Assembly (NCBI GenBank): GCA_963827165.1 | Contig: CAWGZR010000012.1 | Coordinates: 32,001-96,000, forward strand | DNA: 64,000 bases | Origin: Candidatus Bathyarchaeota archaeon | GTDB lineage: Archaea > Thermoproteota > Bathyarchaeia > Bathyarchaeales > Bathycorpusculaceae | Direction of reading: 5' to 3' | Shown: positions 43,834-51,940 of the stretch, piece after piece | Position numbering within the stretch: position 1 is the first letter of the stretch | Layout of the letters: the number at the start of each line of letters is the position of its first letter | Position numbers and translations under genes: made by a program | Notes under the pieces: model-generated | The model's database searches: none | Told to the model about the DNA's origin: nothing | Seen by the model: only the letters and a program-made list of their open reading frames with translations

Positions 43834-44334
43834 TTATAAGGAAATGATTTGCGTTTTGTGCGGATACTTAGAATCGGCTGTTAAGTATTGCATGGAAACC
43901 GTTAATCGACTCCTGCTTAGGCTGCTTCTTATTCCATTGTTAATTTTAGTATCGCCCTTTCCCTTGCTTGCGTGTCCAAACCTAGTCACCTTCCATGATG
44001 GGGTTATCCCCTGGGTAATCCCCCGGATAATCTGGGGGTTACTGGTCAGAATATAGAAGGGCATCTTCGTCTGTGAAGTGTAGAGTTCAGCTATGAAGTT
44101 CAGTAGCCGTTTGCCTATCCCTATGCCCTGATAATCTGGTAAGACTACTAATCGACTAACCCTATAGTATCTTGATTTCATGCGGATATGTGCTACAGCG
44201 ATGAATGCAATGGGCTTATTTTGATATACTGCGGTATAACATCGGATACCTGCTCCGAGCTTGCCGTTTAGATAATGATATTGCCGAAATATCTTCCAAA
44301 GCTGAGCGCCGCACCGATGGATTTGGAGTTCCAC
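43834..44334 (-). CDS. GNAT acetyltransferase, -1-frame continuation of the upstream ABC ATPase
   Basis: FRQYHYL, SRLVVLPDYQGIGIG. Confidence 0.8.
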   Translation of the reverse strand: MELQIHRCGAQLWKIFRQYHYLNGKLGAGIRCYTAVYQNKPIAFIAVAHIRMKSRYYRVSRLVVLPDYQGIGIGKRLLNFIAELYTSQTKMPFYILTSNPQIIRGITQGITPSWKVTRFGHASKGKGDTKINNGIRSSLSRSRLTVSMQYLTADSKYPHKTQIISL

Positions 44335-44948
44335 GGGCGGCCTAACCCTTTTTTTCGATCAAACTCCATCGTGTCAGTGCAAAAGACCCAATCGGGATCT
44401 AGCCAATCTACGACATCATAATGGCACGTAACGGCTATGAACCTCTTTTTAGAGCGTCGAACAGCCTTGCTGATTGCAAAGGCGCTAACTTTAGCAATTT
44501 CCCGATCGACAACGCTTGTGAACTCATCAAAAACAATCAACGGCTTATCCAAGCAAAGGGCGCGGGCTATATCAACCCGCATCTTTTCGCCTTGACTCAA
44601 GCAATCATAGCTTTTTAGCCAATCAGGCGGGGAAGCAAAGCCCACACTGCAAAGCATCCGGGTGATCTCTGACGTTTCCAGAGCTTCTGGGAAATCATCT
44701 AGAACACATTTGTTTTTGTAATCAAATTCCTTAACATAAGCGTCTGGGAAAAGCTGTTTTGCTATGCTTGTTTTGCCTGAGCCGCTTCGGCCAACGATAA
44801 CGCCGACCTGCCAATCATCCGCATCTATGGGTAATGAGCCTTTGAAATGCTTCTCTAACTTAACATCAGATAGCGTGTAGCTGCCAACCACACTTTGAGC
44901 ACGAAAGCTATCAGCTTGATCCCAACGCTTTACAATGTCAAAATCCGT
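44268..44948 (-). CDS. Soluble ABC-family ATPase; start uncertain
   Basis: GRSGSGKT, LSQGEKMR, FDEFTSVVDR, TCHYD; frame open upstream (TDFDIVKRW...FRAQSV). Confidence 0.82.
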   Translation of the reverse strand, partial: TDFDIVKRWDQADSFRAQSVVGSYTLSDVKLEKHFKGSLPIDADDWQVGVIVGRSGSGKTSIAKQLFPDAYVKEFDYKNKCVLDDFPEALETSEITRMLCSVGFASPPDWLKSYDCLSQGEKMRVDIARALCLDKPLIVFDEFTSVVDREIAKVSAFAISKAVRRSKKRFIAVTCHYDVVDWLDPDWVFCTDTMEFDRKKGLGRPWNSKSIGAALSFGRYFGNIII

Positions 44949-45499
44949 AGCTTATACCCCTCCAGCTTGAGCTTATCAAAGATGCTTTTCTGATCGGCTT
45001 CATCTTGGCATTCAACAATGATTTCGTAGGTTGAAGGAATAGTTGCTGAAAAGTTATCTTCATCCGACTCCTCGGGCAGTTTCTCGCCTAAAGACTCCAA
45101 TAGTGCTTTTAGATCGTCTTTTTCGCCCATCTGAAGCAACCGTACGTACTCAGCGGTGTCTAATTCTTTATTGTGTTTGCCTTTCAGCTTGTTGAGGATT
45201 TGGCGCAGCATTCGCCGGTCAACGTCAGTAACGGGCAGACGTAGAACGGGCGCAAAGAATTCTCCATGCTGCTTGCAAACTACAGCCCTTTGCTCCCCGT
45301 CGGCGTAGACGCCGTCTTTGTTAGCTATAATCGGATATGCCCATCCGTACTTCTGCAGGCTATGCCAGACCTGCTGTTGCTGCTTAAGTGTCATGCGATT
45401 TGGATTATCTTGGTCTGTTGTTAGAAGACGAATATCCTCTACCAGTTGAAGGTAGGCTTCCGGTACTTTGATCGTAGTTTTATTTTCCATAAACTCCAC
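44930..45499 (-). CDS. ParB/Srx-like N-terminal domain protein
   Basis: NPNRM, SLQKYGWAYPII, DGEQR; C-terminal YEIIVEC.DE.DQ domain. Confidence 0.75.
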   Translation of the reverse strand: MEFMENKTTIKVPEAYLQLVEDIRLLTTDQDNPNRMTLKQQQQVWHSLQKYGWAYPIIANKDGVYADGEQRAVVCKQHGEFFAPVLRLPVTDVDRRMLRQILNKLKGKHNKELDTAEYVRLLQMGEKDDLKALLESLGEKLPEESDEDNFSATIPSTYEIIVECQDEADQKSIFDKLKLEGYKLRILTL

Positions 45500-45935
45500 T
45501 TCCCGTTAAAACCTTGGCCAATTCTTCATTGAAAGGTTCATTCTTAGCAAGTTCGTTTTCAATTTCAGCTGCTCTTTTAGAGGCATCTTGCTTCTCCTTA
45601 ACTGTTTCAAGCCCTAGTAAAGTCACAAGCCGATCCGTTATGTCCACCATTCTTGAGAGGAAAATTGGCTTCTGGGCTTCGTTTGCTGTTTGAAAATGAA
45701 GGCTGGCGGTGCGATAGAGATAGTCATAACGGTTTACGAGTATAAGCCGAGCTTTATCCAGGTCAAAGAGCTGGGTTAAGACAGGTTGCCAAGTCTCGCG
45801 GGTTTCCGCGTCATAGTAGATATTTCTATCTGACGTTTGGAATTTTTCGCTCAGCAGCTTCACAATCTCACAGAGGGAGAAGCCTTTAGCTTCGAGCTTT
45901 AGAAATTCCAGGCGTCTTTCAACGACTTCACTCAA
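45480..45935 (-). CDS. HTH protein resembling a terminase small subunit
   Basis: RRLEFLKLEAKGFSLCEIV..TSDRNIYYD, helical body ending LLGL; directly upstream of the ParB-like gene. Confidence 0.45.
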   Translation of the reverse strand: MSEVVERRLEFLKLEAKGFSLCEIVKLLSEKFQTSDRNIYYDAETRETWQPVLTQLFDLDKARLILVNRYDYLYRTASLHFQTANEAQKPIFLSRMVDITDRLVTLLGLETVKEKQDASKRAAEIENELAKNEPFNEELAKVLTGSGVYGK

Positions 45936-46723
45936 GCAAAATCCTCCAAAATTGAAACCCGGATTTCAAAATCGCTATAGTTTGTGGTTCGCCTCAGCAT
46001 ATCGCCTTCCAGCTTTACTTCTCGGCGATGCTGCTCTGTTAGGAAGCAGTAGGGTTTCTCAAAGGTTGGAAGGTGGTATTTTCTGCAGATTTTGAAGTAG
46101 GCTTCCACTATCTCGAAAATGTCGCTGTCGGGGAAACACTCTTGAAAAGCTTTGATGTTTGGGGCACGGTTCCAGTTATAGGTTAAGTGCCAGTAGAGAC
46201 GCAGACAGATCTTCTCGTATTCGGTAGCTTGCTTTTGCAAGACATCCACTTTATCATAAATCACTTTCATTTGCAAAAGTGCCTGAACGAAGGTCCTTCT
46301 TTTAGGGTTTTCGCGTGCTTTAGCTATGTTAATTTGGTAAGGTTCTTCGGGTTCTTCGTCCCATTCCTGCCCAAGCATTTTTGCCTCTTCTTGTGACTGA
46401 GGGTACTTCTCAAGCAGGTATTTTCGGGTTTTAGCGTATGTTACCATGATTTCCCATTCGGCACCAGACATTAACGAAAGGTCGTTGCCATCTTCGTCTA
46501 AGACTTCAGGCCACAACTGCTTTAGAGTAAAATTGTTGGGATCTATGCCCTCTTTCTTAAGCTTCTCAAGGACCTCAGCTGATAATGAAGCACTTAATGG
46601 CTTCTGCTCATTTTGGGAATGTTCTCTTATCTTTTCCTTGAAATCTTCAAACATGTTTTCTCTCTTACTTTGGATTTTTCCTGTTGCCAGCATTCCTTTC
46701 CTTTTGCTTTGCTCTTTGCTCAC
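45932..46723 (-). CDS. Hypothetical protein
   Basis: 263-aa ORF with overlapping junction to downstream gene. Confidence 0.6.
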   Translation of the reverse strand: MSKEQSKRKGMLATGKIQSKRENMFEDFKEKIREHSQNEQKPLSASLSAEVLEKLKKEGIDPNNFTLKQLWPEVLDEDGNDLSLMSGAEWEIMVTYAKTRKYLLEKYPQSQEEAKMLGQEWDEEPEEPYQINIAKARENPKRRTFVQALLQMKVIYDKVDVLQKQATEYEKICLRLYWHLTYNWNRAPNIKAFQECFPDSDIFEIVEAYFKICRKYHLPTFEKPYCFLTEQHRREVKLEGDMLRRTTNYSDFEIRVSILEDFA

Positions 46724-46943
46724 GTTTTACAATTCGCCAATATTTGCGGATCTCAGGTGAATGCTTGAATGCTTTCACAGTGTCCATGACAGAGGATTTT
46801 GAGCTTGTAGCTTATGAATAGCATATAAAATTTTTTAAAATAATCTTCTTGACGAACTAAGTATTAATCAAAAAGTTAAATTCAGAATATTCCGTTTAAG
46901 CGCCATTACCTAAAAGAAAAAGAACTCTAAAAAATTTTAGGGT

Positions 46944-48323
46944 CTACAATCTAAGTAGATATTTGTCCTCGCTTAATGTTTGCAACAAGCTCCATCCATC
47001 ACCAAGCTTCTTCATTAGCTCGGTTTCTCCTTTTGCAACTGTGTACTTTTTCTGTTGAGGTATAGGCCTATTGTGTTCACTTGTTGGTTTAGATTGCGGT
47101 TTAACTTCTTCTCCCGACTCTTGTTCGTGTTGATCATTATCGTCTTTAAAGCGTCTGAACTCAGTGATTGCTTCCTCAGGGTCTTTTGATCGCTGTAAGG
47201 CATCTTCTAATTTCTTAAGTTGGTCTACTCCGTAACCGTTAAGTTTAGCAAAGTCCAGCAGCATTTGACTTCTAAGCTTCTTCTCATCCAATACTCGAGC
47301 ACCTTCATGCAAAAACTCAAGGTCAGGAAGAGCCTGTTTATACTTTGCACGAAGTTGTTCAATTAGTGGCTTCGAATAAGGTGCTTCTTCACCGCTAACT
47401 TTTCTGCCTTTAATTTTCTTAATCCAGTTGTTAGAACAGCCAGCGTTTTCTAAAGCAGTTTGAACAATCCTTCGCCCATCATGGAAAGTAAAATCAACAT
47501 TTGCTCTTTGCTCAAGCATTGTTGCTTTCTTGGCGATAATGCGGTAACTCAAAGGCTCTCCGATATTGCGTTTAACTGATAAGAATACGTAGTCGTCATT
47601 TGTCCACTTATGATTAAATGTGGTTTCCATCCATCGCCTGTATTCAATTAGTACTTTTTTTGCTTCAGGTGTTAGGAAGGTTTCTTGTTTTACTCCTCGA
47701 TACTTTCCTTTGCCATGACCTTTAATCATGTCAGAGGGCAAAGATATGTGGGGAATCTCTTGCGTTTGCCAATCCGCTTCAAAGTGTGAGAAACGAAGTT
47801 TTGAGATTGACTCTATCGCTATCGCCGAGGTTGTTCCTAACATAACTAATGCTTGGTCTCTGGGGTTTCGACATGCTTTGAACAGTGCTAAACGATTTTC
47901 TTTAGATGGCACAGTTTGGCTTTCATTTTGTATATAAGGCATTGACCGCCCAGCTTGAGCTTGTAGCTGCTTATAGTTAGTTCTGAAGAATCCTCTCACA
48001 CATTGAGCCACATGCCACTTGCGTCCTTCTGGAAAATTGACTTTTGCGTTAGATAGACTGTCGAGTAGCTTCTCTGCGTCTAAGCTGTTAGAATCCTTTT
48101 TCAAATCTAGGAGGCCATTAGGGTCTAAGTGTGACCACGTGCAGAAGTGATAGAGCGACATGGCTACATTGCCTTGTCTATTATTGAGTTTTCCGAGATA
48201 GTTCATCACGCATTCATAGTTTTTTGCCCAACCGTCGATGATCGTGTTTTCCGTGTAACCATACTTTAAATTCTTCTGCTTGTCTTTTATTATACTCATG
48301 ACCTCGCCACTCTCAAGCAACAC
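46944..48323 (-). CDS. Tyrosine recombinase/integrase with atypical catalytic boxes
   Basis: RDQALV, FHDGRR, EAPYSKP (Tyr); 5' end ~30 bp from attR. Confidence 0.85.
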   Translation of the reverse strand: MLLESGEVMSIIKDKQKNLKYGYTENTIIDGWAKNYECVMNYLGKLNNRQGNVAMSLYHFCTWSHLDPNGLLDLKKDSNSLDAEKLLDSLSNAKVNFPEGRKWHVAQCVRGFFRTNYKQLQAQAGRSMPYIQNESQTVPSKENRLALFKACRNPRDQALVMLGTTSAIAIESISKLRFSHFEADWQTQEIPHISLPSDMIKGHGKGKYRGVKQETFLTPEAKKVLIEYRRWMETTFNHKWTNDDYVFLSVKRNIGEPLSYRIIAKKATMLEQRANVDFTFHDGRRIVQTALENAGCSNNWIKKIKGRKVSGEEAPYSKPLIEQLRAKYKQALPDLEFLHEGARVLDEKKLRSQMLLDFAKLNGYGVDQLKKLEDALQRSKDPEEAITEFRRFKDDNDQHEQESGEEVKPQSKPTSEHNRPIPQQKKYTVAKGETELMKKLGDGWSLLQTLSEDKYLLRL

Positions 48324-48354
48324 CTTGTATAGCTTTACCTATATTAATGATACT

Positions 48355-48365
48355 ATTTGTATAGC
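48355..48365 (+). repeat. attR core ATTTGTATAGC
   Basis: Matches 22433-22443; a second TTGTATAGCTT lies at 48325-48335. Confidence 0.85.
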
Positions 48366-48498
48366 TTCTCCCAAAACATTAAACATCAAAGCGTTAGGCG
48401 CATCGTCTGGGTACAAGCACGTGGAATCTCACTTCGCCCACGTACATCGAACCCTAACGAGGGAAATTGCAGTGTTTGAAAAGGTGCAAAACAAATGA
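48355..48498 (+). pseudogene. trm11: Displaced native 3' end of trm11
   Basis: ICIASPKTLNIKALGASSGYKHVESHFAHVHRTLTREIAVFEKVQNK*; TGA overlaps rnz ATG. Confidence 0.85.
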
Positions 48499-49418
48499 GT
48501 ATCCGCGTGGTTTTCCTAGGAACAAGCGGCAGCGTGCCAACTCTTAAGCGGAGTTTACCCAGCGTAGTCATCGTTTGCCCACGGCAAATGTGGATGTTTG
48601 ATTGCGGCGAAAATACGCAGCGGCAAATGATGCAAGCAAAAGTAAGCTTCCACAAAAAACTAAATGTTTTCCTTACACACCTCCACGGAGACCATGTACT
48701 TGGATTGCCCGGAATTTTGCAGACGATGGCGCTGATGGACCGCAAAGAACCTGTCCAGATTTACGGTCCGCCAGGCATCAAGAATTTTTTAGTTTGCACT
48801 AAAGAAACGCTTAATTTCGGTTTAACTTTCCCCGTAGAAATCAACGAAATCCTTTCTGAAGGCACCATTCTCAATGAGGAAGAGTACAGCCTGATAGCAG
48901 CAAAATCAAATCACGCCGTTGAAAGTTATGCTTACGCTTTTGTAGAGAAGCCACGGCCAGGAAAATTCTATCCCAAAAAAGCGCAAGCACTTGGAATTCC
49001 TTTGGGCGAATTATGGTCTAAACTTCAAAACGGCGAAGAGATTACATTGGCTGATGGCAGATGGATTAAGCCAAACGATGTGATGGGTCCCCATAGACCT
49101 GGAAGGAAAATCGTTTACACAGGCGACACAAGACCATTTGACGTCTTTGCCAAATTCGCTGCAAACGCTGACTTAGTGATTCATGAAAGCACTTTTGACG
49201 ACGCGTTAGCTGAAAAAGCCCAGTTGGATGGGCATTCAACCCCGAGCCAAGCTGCGGCAGAGACTAAAGCGGCTGGGGCTAAGCAGTTGGTTTTGACACA
49301 TATCAGCGCACGATACCCTGACGCCACGTTGCTGCTTGAGCAAGCGAAAAAAGTCTTTGCAAATACGCTGGTGGCTGAGGATTTCATGAAGCTTGATTTG
49401 CCGCTTAAATCAAGCTAA
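48495..49418 (+). CDS. rnz: Ribonuclease Z
   Basis: FLGTSGSVP, DCGE, THLHGDH, exosite, YTGDT, HEST, HST, THISARY. Confidence 0.96.
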   Translation: MSIRVVFLGTSGSVPTLKRSLPSVVIVCPRQMWMFDCGENTQRQMMQAKVSFHKKLNVFLTHLHGDHVLGLPGILQTMALMDRKEPVQIYGPPGIKNFLVCTKETLNFGLTFPVEINEILSEGTILNEEEYSLIAAKSNHAVESYAYAFVEKPRPGKFYPKKAQALGIPLGELWSKLQNGEEITLADGRWIKPNDVMGPHRPGRKIVYTGDTRPFDVFAKFAANADLVIHESTFDDALAEKAQLDGHSTPSQAAAETKAAGAKQLVLTHISARYPDATLLLEQAKKVFANTLVAEDFMKLDLPLKSS

Positions 49419-50197
49419 GCGAGAAGCTGTTTGAGTTTGTGGAGGGTTTCATTAACGTCGGTTACGGATTCGATCATTACAGTTTTGTCATAGCCAGTTT
49501 TGTTTATGGTTTGTTTGAACCACTCGTAGTCGATTTTGCCTTTTCCTACGCCCTTATGCTGGTCGTCTGAGCCGTCGTTGTCGCTTGCGTGTATGTGAAC
49601 GATTTTGTCGGCTAGCAGGTTGAAGAAGGGTTCTATTTGGTCTTCCAGGTAGGCGTGCCCCAGATCTAATGTGATGCCTAAGGGAAGGTTGGTTTCACGG
49701 TAAAACCGCATGAACTCTTCGGGTTTATGCATCAGAAACCAGTATTTACCTGGCAAATTTTCCAATGCGATATTTAAGCCGTATTCTTCCGCTGCCTCGT
49801 AGAGTTTTTTGATGCTTTCGACGTTTTGTTTCCATTCGGCGCCTGGGTAAAATTGGCTGATGCCTGTTTTCGCGCCAGGATGGAAAACCCACACTTTGGC
49901 ATCCAATTCGTTTGCGTAAGCCATCGATTGTTTGAGGCGCTTTAGTGAGGCATCTAAAATGCTTTTGGATGGGGAAGCAATATTGATGTCGGCGAAGGGC
50001 GCGTGCAAAGTAAATTCCAAGTTGAGGCTTTTTGCTGTCTCTTTGAGGGCGGCTACCCTTTTCTTGCTGAGCTCATGGATGCCATCATCCACGATTTCGA
50101 TGTACCGTGTTTCCATGGTGTTTAAGCGTTTAACCATACGGTTGAAAGGTTCGCCTAAGCAAAAAAGCATTGAAACGCCAACTTTAGCCTTTGACAT
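49415..50197 (-). CDS. Sugar-phosphate isomerase/epimerase (AP endonuclease 2 TIM barrel) family
   Basis: LHAPFADIN, FHPG, LENL, LDLGHA, HIHASDN..DQH. Confidence 0.85.
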   Translation of the reverse strand: MSKAKVGVSMLFCLGEPFNRMVKRLNTMETRYIEIVDDGIHELSKKRVAALKETAKSLNLEFTLHAPFADINIASPSKSILDASLKRLKQSMAYANELDAKVWVFHPGAKTGISQFYPGAEWKQNVESIKKLYEAAEEYGLNIALENLPGKYWFLMHKPEEFMRFYRETNLPLGITLDLGHAYLEDQIEPFFNLLADKIVHIHASDNDGSDDQHKGVGKGKIDYEWFKQTINKTGYDKTVMIESVTDVNETLHKLKQLLA

Positions 50198-50286
50198 AAC
50201 GTTTTACCTCAAATGTTAACTGGGTAATTGCTGTTAAGAGTTGGAATGACTTAAAAACTTAGTCTACGAGGTCGGTTAAAAAGGTT

Positions 50287-50805
50287 CTAAGGGAACAGTT
50301 TTCTACCACATTGCTGCCTTTGGATGAAGGCGGCTGTTCGAGTGGTTTTGCACTGCATGTCCCTAACACGCAGAGCTATTTCTGCGAATTCTCTTATGGT
50401 TGAGTGTTGGAAATCATATGATGGGGTTCCGTAACGTAAGCCTGAGCACATTGTGTCACCATAAATGTAGAATCGTAAGCCGCGATAATCGTAGGCTGCT
50501 TGTTTTTCTTCGCCATATTTGGGTTCTGTCATCACTTTGAAGGGCCAAATCTTGCATGCTTCGGGCTTCATATTTTGTAGGTCACAATAGTAGTTGTTAA
50601 CGTCGTTGCAGAGAAAGGCACATGAGCCGTCGCCGAAGCGTTTAATGAAGAAGCGGTTTAAATCTGAACTGGTTGTTTCCACTCCGAAAGTTTTCGTAAG
50701 TCGTAGCCACTCGGGAAAGCTTAAGACTACACTGTAGAGTTTGCAGCAGTAGCCGCATGCTTTGCACTGCCAGTCAGCTATTTTCTGCCATGGAACGAAC
50801 TGCAT
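50287..50805 (-). CDS. YkgJ-family Cys-cluster protein
   Basis: CKACGYCC, CAFL, C..KPEACKIWPF. Confidence 0.82.
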   Translation of the reverse strand: MQFVPWQKIADWQCKACGYCCKLYSVVLSFPEWLRLTKTFGVETTSSDLNRFFIKRFGDGSCAFLCNDVNNYYCDLQNMKPEACKIWPFKVMTEPKYGEEKQAAYDYRGLRFYIYGDTMCSGLRYGTPSYDFQHSTIREFAEIALRVRDMQCKTTRTAAFIQRQQCGRKLFP

Positions 50806-50889
50806 TTCTCAGGGTACACTCACAAAACCGACAAGAATAGGGTGGCTAAAAATGTTTTTCCAACAAGAAATGAGGTTTCCCAAAAAAAT

Positions 50890-51375
50890 TTAGGGTTTTC
50901 GGTAAAGGTAGATGGTGTGTGAAGGGTAGCCGAGCTGAGGGTTTTCGCAGAAGTTCTCAACTTTTTCGGGGTGCCAACCGATGATTTCGTAGTCGTGGGA
51001 TACGACTCGTGCACCTTTTTTGAGGTCGCTGTCAAGTTTGGGCCTAATTTTCTCGTTTGCGCTTGTCGTAAGGTACAGGTAGACTACGTCGGCTTCCGTG
51101 AGGTTAACGTTGAACATGTCGCTATTCACTATGGTTACCCTGTTTTCGAGGCCGTTTTCGTGGATTGACCCCATTGCTTTCTTTGCTAAATCCTCGCGAA
51201 GTTCAATGCCGACGCCGCGGGCGCCGAAGGTTTTTGCTGCCATGATTACGGTTCTGCCATCTCCTGAACCCATGTCAAAAAGTACTTCGCCTGCTTTCAA
51301 ATCAGCGAGCTTGAGCATGTATTCAACCACGGTGCTTGGACTTGGAACAAAGGGTGCGATAAACATACAATTCAC
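50890..51375 (-). CDS. Class I SAM-dependent methyltransferase
   Basis: APFVPSP, DMGSGDGR, RVVSHDY. Confidence 0.88.
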   Translation of the reverse strand: MNCMFIAPFVPSPSTVVEYMLKLADLKAGEVLFDMGSGDGRTVIMAAKTFGARGVGIELREDLAKKAMGSIHENGLENRVTIVNSDMFNVNLTEADVVYLYLTTSANEKIRPKLDSDLKKGARVVSHDYEIIGWHPEKVENFCENPQLGYPSHTIYLYRKP

Positions 51376-51393
51376 CTGTTTAACAAGTTGCTC

Positions 51394-51720
51394 CTATGCC
51401 ACATAGCCATCTTTTTTCGGGAGAGGTCTTCTTGCTTCGCCGCATTTTACGCAACTTTGGGCGCATAGGTCGAGGTATTTTTCTTCGTCCGCTGAGTCGA
51501 CTGCTTTGGATGCTTTGAGACATAGTTCACTTGGCTCGCTACAGCCTTCTTCTTTGCATAGGGTTGAAATGTAACGGCAAACTTCTTTCACGTCTTGAGG
51601 CTCCAAGATTGCTCTGTTGGTGCGTACAAGCAGGCAAAGCTCCCTTGCCATGACACAGGTCTTCACGTATTTGATTCGTTCAAGAACTTCGTTGCGTAAA
51701 TTCCTTCGGCTTATTTCCAC
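51394..51720 (-). CDS. Cys-rich hypothetical protein
   Basis: 108 aa with repeated Cys in a helical pattern. Confidence 0.6.
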   Translation of the reverse strand: MEISRRNLRNEVLERIKYVKTCVMARELCLLVRTNRAILEPQDVKEVCRYISTLCKEEGCSEPSELCLKASKAVDSADEEKYLDLCAQSCVKCGEARRPLPKKDGYVA

Positions 51721-51940
51721 GCTTCATATTCACCTACTGGTATAGTGAGCAATTAAGAAAAATTAAGAGGTTCTATGCTTAAAAAGTTAATGTTATTGAA
51801 GAGTTTCGATTTAAAACAGATAAGCCAACAGAATTCATAGAGGCAGAAAGCAAATTCAACCGTATTTTTTTTCCAAGTGAACTCTTATGTTCAACTGAAA
51901 AGAAATTTTCACCAAACAAGGGTGAAACAGCTTGTCCCTT

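Larger units (their letters stand above)
22433..48365. mobile_element. ~25.9 kb integrative element inserted in the 3' part of trm11
   Basis: Flanking 11-bp direct repeat, integrase abutting attR, displaced trm11 tail overlapping rnz, replication, defence and cargo genes inside. Confidence 0.9.

Noticed and set aside
22433-48365. Complete provirus or conjugative element
   Set aside because: No recognisable capsid, portal, large terminase, VirB4/VirD4 or relaxase
48280-48498. 72-aa ORF as an independent gene
   Set aside because: It is antisense integrase/att sequence joined to the displaced trm11 tail
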